Source: Candidatus Saccharimonadota bacterium (GTDB lineage: Bacteria > Patescibacteriota > Gracilibacteria > UBA4473). Taken from it: DNA of 32,000 bases. Made by a program: the position numbers and the translations under genes. The stretch is taken from positions 570,001 to 602,000 of the forward strand of contig OZ245819.1 in NCBI GenBank assembly GCA_965228485.1, given 5' to 3'. Below are positions 19,867-26,776 of this stretch, piece by piece (within the stretch, counting starts at the first letter, position 1; every line of letters starts with the position of its first letter). The notes under the pieces are model-generated. The model was not told where the DNA came from and ran no database searches. It was given only the letters and a program-made list of their open reading frames with translations.

Positions 19867-20436
19867 ATGCTGACTACTTTTTCAGAAAGCTACAAAACTC
19901 CTATTTTCGCTCGTAGTGCGTCTGAGCTTGTAGTTGGATTTTTAGTCGACATGGTAATTAATCCTGACACAGGAATTTTTGAAGCGCTTTGGATCAACTC
20001 TATAGAAGGGCAAAAACTGCTCCTTCCAAAAGACATAATTTATTGGAATCACGAAAAGATCCTGACCGATGACATTAATAATTTGGTGTTTCCTAAGGAA
20101 CTTCCACGACTACAGAAAATTTTTGATAAAGAATGTACTATTCTTGGAGCCACCGTCTTTAGCAATCAGCAGGTCAAACCTCTAGGAAAAGTAAAAAACT
20201 TTAGTTTTGATACGATTTCACCAAGAATATTAACCCTGGAGATCAGCCAAGGATTCTTGGGATTATCTAAACAAATTATCACTCAGCAAAATATTAATAA
20301 GATTACCCCAAAAGGTATCTGGATTAATGAACCAACTGCAAAAATAAAAATTGAAAAACTCCCTCTCAAGGAAGAAGTAAAAAATCTAAAAAACCTGGGG
20401 GAAGTGGATATTAAATCAAAAATTGACAAAGAGTAG
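19867..20436 (+). CDS. hypothetical protein, possibly tandem PRC-barrel-like
   Basis: The track ORF (19759) overlaps the upstream gene. The ATG at 19867 lies 1 nt after the upstream stop (MLTTFSESYKTPIF...). The patterns VGFLVDMVINPDTGIFEALWI and LGKVKNFSFDTISPRILTLEI resemble PRC-barrel strands. Confidence 0.5.
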   Translation: MLTTFSESYKTPIFARSASELVVGFLVDMVINPDTGIFEALWINSIEGQKLLLPKDIIYWNHEKILTDDINNLVFPKELPRLQKIFDKECTILGATVFSNQQVKPLGKVKNFSFDTISPRILTLEISQGFLGLSKQIITQQNINKITPKGIWINEPTAKIKIEKLPLKEEVKNLKNLGEVDIKSKIDKE

Positions 20437-20476
20437 TTTTTATTTATTTTGTGATCGATTTTATAAAAAATAGATC

Positions 20477-20788
20477 ATGGGGCTCGAACACAACGAAAAC
20501 CTTGGAGGCGCTTGCGGTAAAAATGCTCAGTTAGGATTAATGAGAATGCTCAGTGATATTGAGACTGGAAATGTCATACGTCGAGCCGAAGCTCAACACC
20601 CAGAACTTACAGATAAAATAGAAGCTCTAAATGGACAAAGTTCTCCTGAAGAATTTGCAGCGGCTTATGCTATTATTCAAGAAGCAACTGGAGACCCTGA
20701 AGGAAGCTTAGGAATTTTTACAAACTATATTAAACGCCGAACCAAAGAAGAGGTTCGTCACCCCATTAATCCTCTCTGGAACAAGTAA
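20477..20788 (+). CDS. hypothetical 103-aa protein
   Basis: Intact ORF in a coding-dense context. I recognise no motif. Confidence 0.5.
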   Translation: MGLEHNENLGGACGKNAQLGLMRMLSDIETGNVIRRAEAQHPELTDKIEALNGQSSPEEFAAAYAIIQEATGDPEGSLGIFTNYIKRRTKEEVRHPINPLWNK

Positions 20789-20798
20789 TATAAGAGGC

Positions 20799-21098
20799 TT
20801 ATGCTAAGAAGTAACTCTTTATAACATCTGAAAGCAATCTCACCAGAAAATCCAAAACAAGGATAGCCACTATTGGTGAGAGGTCTACAGGCCCAAGACG
20901 CGCCCATCGAAAGGGAGCGAGTATTGGTTGTACCATTTGAGTAAGAAAACCAAAGAATCTTCCGCCTGGAGACATAAGATTGAAAAGGACTAACCAGCTA
21001 CAAATTACCCAAACAAAAATTGAGTAAAACATCAGATTAAAAAAAATCGTCAAAAAATTTATAACAAAAAACGCAATCTGACTCACAATAGGATCCAT
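20799..21098 (-). CDS. yggT: YggT-family integral membrane protein
   Basis: 99-aa ORF with hydrophobic helices and a YggT-like core: PILAPFRWARLGPVDLSPIVAILVLDFL. Confidence 0.7.
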   Translation of the reverse strand: MDPIVSQIAFFVINFLTIFFNLMFYSIFVWVICSWLVLFNLMSPGGRFFGFLTQMVQPILAPFRWARLGPVDLSPIVAILVLDFLVRLLSDVIKSYFLA

Positions 21099-21427
21099 TA
21101 TTTAGCAATTTGTTGGTTAACACGTGAAAACTGTTCCAGCATAATTTTTAGATCTTCAAAATACTGTCCAATAAGTGGAAAATCTACCAAGCTCGCTAAA
21201 AACCAAATAAGTACCGCAAATACAACCGTCATCCCTACAATAATTCCCAGTCCTCTGAAAACTCCAGCTAAAAAATTATGCCACATAATTCTCCATGGAG
21301 AACGAAGATATTTTACAAAATCACTCACTTGGAGCTCTTTAAAAGCTTTTTGTAAAGCCTGTGCATCTTTTTCTGCTTGAGACTTTGTCTTCTTTTTTTC
21401 AACAACACGTTTTTCTTTGGTCATCAA
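21098..21427 (-). CDS. small membrane protein, hypothetical
   Basis: 109-aa ORF with a basic N-terminus and a hydrophobic region (LGIIVGMTVVFAVLIWFLASLV). Its stop overlaps the yggT start by 1 nt. Confidence 0.6.
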   Translation of the reverse strand: MMTKEKRVVEKKKTKSQAEKDAQALQKAFKELQVSDFVKYLRSPWRIMWHNFLAGVFRGLGIIVGMTVVFAVLIWFLASLVDFPLIGQYFEDLKIMLEQFSRVNQQIAK

Positions 21428-21435
21428 AGGTGAGT

Positions 21436-21464
21436 TTAGACTTTTTTTAATATTTCGCTATATT
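21436..21464 (+). promoter_or_regulatory. candidate sigma70-type promoter for uvrC
   Basis: TTAGAC, a 17-nt spacer, then TATATT. The -10 element ends 11 nt before the ATG at 21476, implying a very short or absent 5' UTR. Confidence 0.4.
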
Positions 21465-21475
21465 TTTTGCGAATA

Positions 21476-23734
21476 ATGACCAACAAAGAAACTTCCGAAT
21501 TTAACTTCGACAGTAGTCTCATTCCTTCCGATAGTGGTTGTTATCTTTTTTATGATGAAGAAGACCATCTTCTCTATGTTGGGAAAGCCAAAAATCTAAA
21601 GAAACGAGTCAGTCAGTATTTTCAAAAAAACAATCAAGGACCAAAAGTAACACTTATGGTTTCAAAAATAAGACGCATAGAAACTCGAATTGTAAACGCT
21701 GAAATAGAAGCGCTTATTCTGGAAAACAACCTTATTAAAGAGCATAAACCAAAGTTTAATATTCTTCTTCGTGATGATAAAAACTTCACCTACCTCCGTG
21801 TAACCAATGAAGAAGAGCCAAAATTGGAAATTGTAAGACGAGTCATTAAAGATGGTTCTACATACTTTGGTCCTAAAACTTCTACCAAAGAGTTCCGAGA
21901 AACGGTGAAATTTTGTCAGAAATTTTTTGGAGCCAAAATGATAAAGTCCAACCAAGACTATTACATCAATCAGCTCCTCGGAAAAGAGCTCCCTTTAGAA
22001 GAATACCAACAAAACATCGAACGAATGAAAAAATTCCTTCGAGGAAATACTGACGAAGTTATCAAAGAGCTCCAGGAACGAATGATGAACTTTGCCGCGG
22101 ATAAAAACTTTGAAGCCGCTGCTCGAGTCCGAGACACTATGCAATCAATTGATAAATCAACCCAACGCCAAACCGTTGAATTCACCGACCTCATTGATCG
22201 TGACTTTATCAATTTTTATCAGGAAGGTCGGCATGTATATGTGGTGGTTATGGCCTTTAGACAGGGAAAGTTCCGAGACCTAAATCGAATAAGCCTTAAT
22301 GGAGCTGAGTTTAACGACTATGCAGAGATTATGACCAATTTTCTCACGCAGTTCTATGAACGGGTTATTGAGCTCCCGAGAGAAATCTATATTCCTGAAC
22401 CACTCGAAAACATTGAAACCATTACCAAATTCCTAGAAGAAAACTTTAATAAAGGCCAAAAAATAGATCTTCTCATCCCTCAAAAGGGAAACAAAAAAAC
22501 GATATTGGAACTCGCACGAAAAAATGCGAAACAAGAGGCACAAAAAGCTAACTTAGAAGCACAAAGTCAGGCAGAAAATTTTGCTAAAGCGCTACCAGAA
22601 TTAGCGAAGGCACTAGACCTCAAAGAGTCCCCTAAAAGAATCGAGTGCTACGATATTTCTCACCTATCAGGAACTCATACGGTAGCCTCCATGGTTGTTT
22701 TTGAAGATGGAAAACCAAAAAATAGTGAATACCGACGATTTAAAATCAAAACTCTTAAAGATGGAAAAATCGATGATTTTGCTGCTATGAAAGAAGTTGT
22801 TGAACGAAGATTCAAACGTATTGATACCGATAAAAAAGAAATTGTCATCACTATGAAACCCGTAGGAACGGAGGCAGAATGGGATAATTATCATCAGATT
22901 CGTGAACACGAAATTTTCCTCCCTCACAATGGTCCAGATTTTGAATACAACCGAGAACATCCTGATGAAAGCAAAAAAAACAATCATCCAATGATTTTTC
23001 TACTCGACAAAAAAATCATTGGTGTCGTACGTCTCGACCATCAAACCAAAACTCGGCTTATTATGAGAGTTTTTGGATTTAATAAAAAATATCAGCGCCA
23101 AGGACTTGGAACCCAAGCTATAGAACTCATTGAAAACTATGCACTAGAACAGGGATTTAAATCGCTCGTTCTTAATGCAAATGAACAAGCTGTTGAGTTT
23201 TATAAAAAACAAAACTTTGAAGAGGGTTTTTGGAAAGGTGATTCAAAGGATTGTAGCTGTAAACCTATGGGGAAAAAGCTCATCGCAAAAAAAGACAAAT
23301 GGATGCTTCCAAACCTCGTAGTTATCGATGGTGGAAAAGGGCAGCTGAGTAGTACTATGAAGGTTTTTGAGAATCTGAAAGTTGAAGGTTTTGATCCTCA
23401 AACCCAAATTATCAGTTTGGCAAAGCGAGAAGAACAAATCTTTAAACCTGGATGCTCAGACCCAATTGAATTAGATTTTGAAAATCCTGGGTTACAGCTT
23501 CTCCAAAGACTCCGTGATGAAGCTCATAGATTCGCTATTTCTTTCAATCGTTCTCTACGACAAAAAAATCAAACGAAATCAGCTCTAGATGATGTAAACG
23601 GGGTCGGAAGTGCTACCAAGAAAAAACTCATGCAATATTTTGAAACCGTTGCAAATATTAGAGACGCTAGCGATGACGAACTTCTCAAAATTGTGAACCA
23701 AAAACAACTCAATAATCTCCGTCGACAATTATGA
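21476..23734 (+). CDS. uvrC: excinuclease ABC subunit C (UvrC) carrying an internal GNAT acetyltransferase-like insertion
   Basis: GIY-YIG domain ([29 protein letters not shown]). UVR domain ([28 protein letters not shown]). Endonuclease domain ([38 protein letters not shown]...[10 protein letters not shown]...[11 protein letters not shown]). HhH tail ([15 protein letters not shown]). An extra roughly 154 aa lies between [10 protein letters not shown] and [16 protein letters not shown]. The track start is a TTG at 21467; the ATG at 21476 is preferred. Confidence 0.9.
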   Translation: [752 protein letters not shown]

Positions 23735-24006
23735 TTGATAAAGTTAACCCAATAGCTCAAAGCAGTGGAACTCCTGATCCTAAGAGGCGAAAACCTTTTG
23801 TAGATCCTAGAGACAAAGAATCCGAAGATGCTGCAACATTTGAAGTACCAGAAGAAGGGAATGTTGATACAAATAAACCATCAATTCTCCCAAAAACAAC
23901 AACAGTAAGTAGTGAAACTGCCGCTGCAATCAATAACCTGACACAACTCTCCCCCTCTCCAGAAGAAGTTATTCGAGCCTATACCGATCAAGATAAATCA
24001 TCATAG
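23731..24006 (+). CDS. hypothetical 91-aa low-complexity protein
   Basis: ATGA start/stop overlap with uvrC. The sequence is acidic and Pro/Thr/Ser-rich. Its 3' end overlaps convergent yraN by 19 nt. Confidence 0.4.
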   Translation: MIDKVNPIAQSSGTPDPKRRKPFVDPRDKESEDAATFEVPEEGNVDTNKPSILPKTTTVSSETAAAINNLTQLSPSPEEVIRAYTDQDKSS

Positions 24007-24371
24007 TATTCGACCAAAAATTTCTCTGTCCAGAATCCTTTTTCTGGGTTTGGACGTAAAACCATCGCATGAATTTCAAATACAGGTATTTCATCCAAAT
24101 CTGTTTCCTTTAAAAAATAAGCAATAGCGGCTTTTTCTATTTTCTGAAGCTTCTGTCGTGTAATTGATTCAATGCCATCACCAAAAGCATCGTTTTTTCG
24201 AGTTTTCACCTCAATCATTACATATATTTTCTTTTGCCTATCAAAAGTAACAATATCAATTTCTCCCGCTTGAGCATGATAATTTTTAGTAAGAATTTTA
24301 AACCCTCTCTTCTTTATCCAATAAGTGGCAAAATCTTCTCCAGCCTTTCCAAGTATTTTTTTTGAATCCAT
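23988..24371 (-). CDS. yraN: YraN-family (UPF0102) endonuclease-like protein
   Basis: 127-aa ORF with a YraN-like core: GKAGEDFATYWIKKRGFKILTKNYHAQAGEIDIVTFD...YVMIEVKTRKN. Confidence 0.8.
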   Translation of the reverse strand: MDSKKILGKAGEDFATYWIKKRGFKILTKNYHAQAGEIDIVTFDRQKKIYVMIEVKTRKNDAFGDGIESITRQKLQKIEKAAIAYFLKETDLDEIPVFEIHAMVLRPNPEKGFWTEKFLVEYYDDLS

Positions 24372-24639
24372 ATTTATAGAAAGAAAGACTGATCTCTTGA
24401 AAAGATATATCTAAAAGAAGCGTTTTGCACGCCATCTTCTTAATCTGTAATTAACTCGTATACCACCAAAATGCCGTGTTCTGCTTGAACTCCTTTCCCC
24501 TATGAATTTCAAGTGGGTCTCCATACCTACGTTCCACAGAGCGTACGTTCCGAAGTCCCTTAAGGAGATGATTGGTAGAAGAAGATACAAACAAAATGCA
24601 CGAGCATTTCAGTTGAACTAAAATTTAGTTCATAGAATC

Positions 24640-24666
24640 AAAAAAGTCAACAAGCAATTCGTTGAC
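24640..24666 (-). terminator. intrinsic terminator downstream of the tRNA-like ACCA end
   Basis: The minus strand reads GTCAAC-GAATTGCTT-GTTGAC followed immediately by TTTTTT. It lies 21 nt after the ACCA end at 24688. Confidence 0.7.
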
Positions 24667-24687
24667 CTAGGTGGTTTTTATGTTTTT

Positions 24688-24738
24688 TGGTGGGCCAGAC
24701 TGCATTTGGATCGAACACCCTGTCCGCAGAACTGTCCC
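24688..24738 (-). ncRNA. tRNA-like minihelix ending in ACCA (unclassified; it could be the 3' module of a longer ncRNA, a tRNA remnant or a diverged tmRNA end)
   Basis: The minus strand reads GGGACAG-TT-CTGC-GGACAGGGTGTTCGATCCAAAT-GCAG-T-CTGGCCC-ACCA. GGGACAG pairs with CTGGCCC in 6 of 7 positions and CTGC pairs with GCAG. The loop contains a T-loop-like GTTCGATCC. The last 11 nt are identical to the tRNA-Met 3' end at 25908-25918. Confidence 0.4.
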
Positions 24739-24892
24739 GCTGGGCAGATAAGCTAATTCCTCTACTAGAGTCGGAAAACCATAAAAGTCCTAGGTTCTCG
24801 CTTCTTGCAGCATAATTCCTACCCTAAAACAATCGAACTCTTTGAATTACACAGTCGCAAAATCTAATTATCGCTCATAAAAACCATGAAAT

Positions 24893-24923
24893 ATGATCGA
24901 TAACTTGATAAGTTATCGATCAT
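24893..24923. repeat. perfect 14-bp-arm palindrome
   Basis: ATGATCGATAACTT-gat-AAGTTATCGATCAT, located in ORF-free DNA. It contains two GATC and two ATCGAT sites. Confidence 0.9.
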
Positions 24924-25146
24924 GTGAAGATAATATAGCTATGAACTCCTACTCAAAAAACAATGTTGGCTTTGTCAGTGGAGCAACTGTCTCACCAATG
25001 GAACACCTTTTACCGTAATGTGGCATTAGATTTGGGGCTGATTTAGCCAGATGCGTTTTTCACGTTTTTTGAGCAAAAAATAGTGTAATCTCATCAAATC
25101 ACACCATTTCTCACAATATCGCACCATCTAAATTGGGCATAGATCA

Positions 25147-25839
25147 TTACTCAAAAGTTCGTATTTCCTTCTTGAATTTGTTCTTTGTCGTATTCTGTAT
25201 CATCCAATTTCCTGGATAGGGGCTTTCTAACTGTCGACCCATATAAAAACGACGTTCATAGAACACTTTCTCGACAGTTCCATTGTTTCTTTCATCAATA
25301 ATTTCAAAAGCTAGAACTTCAGCTCTTTTTTCCTCATCAATTTTATCCCATTTATAAATGATAAAATCATAAGCTAAAACCTGGTTCATATTGTTTTGGC
25401 ACTGCTCGAGCCACTCATTTTTTGCTTTCTCGTCAGAGTAAAAATACTTAACCTCAAAGTTAGAAGCTTCTTTGCAGTTTGTACTTTTTATGGCTTCCGT
25501 TCGTAGCTCAAAAAACTTTGTAAGCTCATCTTTGTTTGTAACGACCAACTCGACTTTAACAATTTCAGGACTTTGAGATTCAAAAAACTTCTTCACATAT
25601 GAATAATTGACTACTAACCCATTAAAAATTGTGATTCCGTATATAATCATTGCAATCGGAGCAACGAACCAAATTTTATATTTCCATGATTTTTCAAATA
25701 CTTTTGCTTCAACACAATATAAGAAAATGTTTCTCATAGGGTCGTAGATTGGCTTCAAAAGTATAATCCAAATAAATTCCAGTATCTGATAAAGATAATA
25801 GACTAGAGTTTTCGAGTCATTTGGTGGTGATATTTTCAT
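25147..25839 (-). CDS. hypothetical 230-aa membrane protein
   Basis: Intact ORF with two hydrophobic helices (LVYYLYQILEFIWIILL; IWFVAPIAMIIYGITIFNGLVV). I recognise no motif. Confidence 0.6.
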   Translation of the reverse strand: MKISPPNDSKTLVYYLYQILEFIWIILLKPIYDPMRNIFLYCVEAKVFEKSWKYKIWFVAPIAMIIYGITIFNGLVVNYSYVKKFFESQSPEIVKVELVVTNKDELTKFFELRTEAIKSTNCKEASNFEVKYFYSDEKAKNEWLEQCQNNMNQVLAYDFIIYKWDKIDEEKRAEVLAFEIIDERNNGTVEKVFYERRFYMGRQLESPYPGNWMIQNTTKNKFKKEIRTFE

Positions 25840-25907
25840 CTAGTGAATATTTTACATAAAATACTTCACTATCAAAAACAGCTTTTTTCAAAGGTGTTCG
25901 ACTTTAT

Positions 25908-25984
25908 TGGTGGGCCAGGTGAGAATCGAACTCACTACCAAGGCGTTATGAGCGCCCTGCTCTAACCGATGAGCTACTGGCCCC
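25908..25984 (-). tRNA. tRNA with CAU anticodon (elongator Met or lysidine-modified Ile2), CCA encoded
   Basis: The reverse complement is GGGGCCAGTAGCTCATCGGTTAGAGCAGGGCGCTCATAACGCCTTGGTAGTGAGTTCGATTCTCACCTGGCCCACCA. It has a 7-bp acceptor stem, anticodon loop CTCATAA and T-arm GTGAG-TTCGATT-CTCAC. The G1-C72 pair and the absence of a GGG/CCC anticodon stem argue against an initiator tRNA. Confidence 0.9.
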
Positions 25985-26063
25985 TCGTCATCAATGACTT
26001 AAACTAAGAATAGCCCGTTGATTCTAATTAATTTTTATGACTTGGAAAATTTTTGTTGGAAAT

Positions 26064-26732
26064 TTACCCCCACATCAAAGGACTAAAAAATCCATATAAA
26101 AGCACACCAGCTATTTCTCGGATAAAGAAGTATCCTTCTTTTAAATATCTCCCTTGTAGATAGGAAGCCGCATGAAGATAATAGTTTTCAAGCTCTAAGC
26201 GATTAGCAATAAGTCCAATTCGACCTAAATGAAAATCATTGGATACAAATACGTACCCTGGTTTTTTAGGTAAGTTTTGCAAGGTTGCCAAAGTATTATG
26301 CCCGTAATAATCTTTAATAATTGCTTCTTGAGGAACGCCTGAGTCCAGGGCAATTTTTGTCATAACATCAACCTCATGAGCTCCATAAGTAGACTCCCCC
26401 CCCGAAAAGACTAAACAATCTACTTGTTTGCCGTTAAAGAGGTTAATACCTGCAACTGTTCGGTCATACAAAGCATGAGACGGTTTGTCATCTCTCCAAA
26501 CCGCTGCCCCAAATACAACCGCACAGTTATTTGTCTGACCCAAAAATTTATTATTATATTTAGACCAAACAGTATACAAAGCTGTTACTAGAGTCAGTGC
26601 TCCAAGCAAGCATAACACGCCTAATATTCGAGACCAAGAAACCTTTTTACGACGTTCCATCTTCGTGGCCGTGAAAACAATTCCCCCAAGGCATAGTACT
26701 ATTAAACGTAAAAACTTTTTAGGAAGCTTCAT
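26064..26732 (-). CDS. SanA/YdcF-family (DUF218) membrane-anchored protein
   Basis: 222-aa ORF with an N-terminal TM helix. DUF218-like core: CAVVFGAAVWRDDKPSHALYDRT...LVFSGGES...EVDVM...GVP...FVSNDFHLGR. Confidence 0.7.
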   Translation of the reverse strand: MKLPKKFLRLIVLCLGGIVFTATKMERRKKVSWSRILGVLCLLGALTLVTALYTVWSKYNNKFLGQTNNCAVVFGAAVWRDDKPSHALYDRTVAGINLFNGKQVDCLVFSGGESTYGAHEVDVMTKIALDSGVPQEAIIKDYYGHNTLATLQNLPKKPGYVFVSNDFHLGRIGLIANRLELENYYLHAASYLQGRYLKEGYFFIREIAGVLLYGFFSPLMWG

Positions 26733-26776
26733 GTGATACTATTGATAGTATATTCAATAAAAAAAGCCAAATAGAA

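Noticed and set aside
24772-24800. AAAAGTCCTAGGTTCT on the plus strand (and GAAGTCCC at 24551-24558) resembles RNase P RNA CR-I (GAGGAAAGUCCGGGCUC).
   Set aside because: The other conserved RNase P regions (the GGUAAGAGC-type CR-II/III and ACAGAAnnnGGCUUA CR-IV/V) are not found in the right order on either strand. The evidence is insufficient without a covariance-model search.
24688-25050. A standard one-piece tmRNA (ssrA) on the minus strand ending at the ACCA at 24688.
   Set aside because: Four things are missing.
- No upstream 5' strand on the minus strand can pair with CTGGCCC.
- Position 70 would be C rather than the U of the G3-U70 pair.
- No GGAUUCGAC-like D-loop analogue is in the right place.
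- The only Ala-initiated mini-frame I found (GCC AAC ATT GTT TTT TGA at 24953-24970) is short and atypical.
I kept it as an open question in the findings rather than as a call.
25034-25056. GGGGCTGATTTAGCCAGATGCG on the plus strand resembles the tmRNA 5' end (GGGGCUGAUU...).
   Set aside because: It is on the opposite strand from the ACCA end. No CAGCCCCACCA-type partner or T-arm occurs within 400 nt downstream on the plus strand, and that space is occupied by a plausible CDS. It folds as a local GGCT/AGCC hairpin. I treat it as coincidental.
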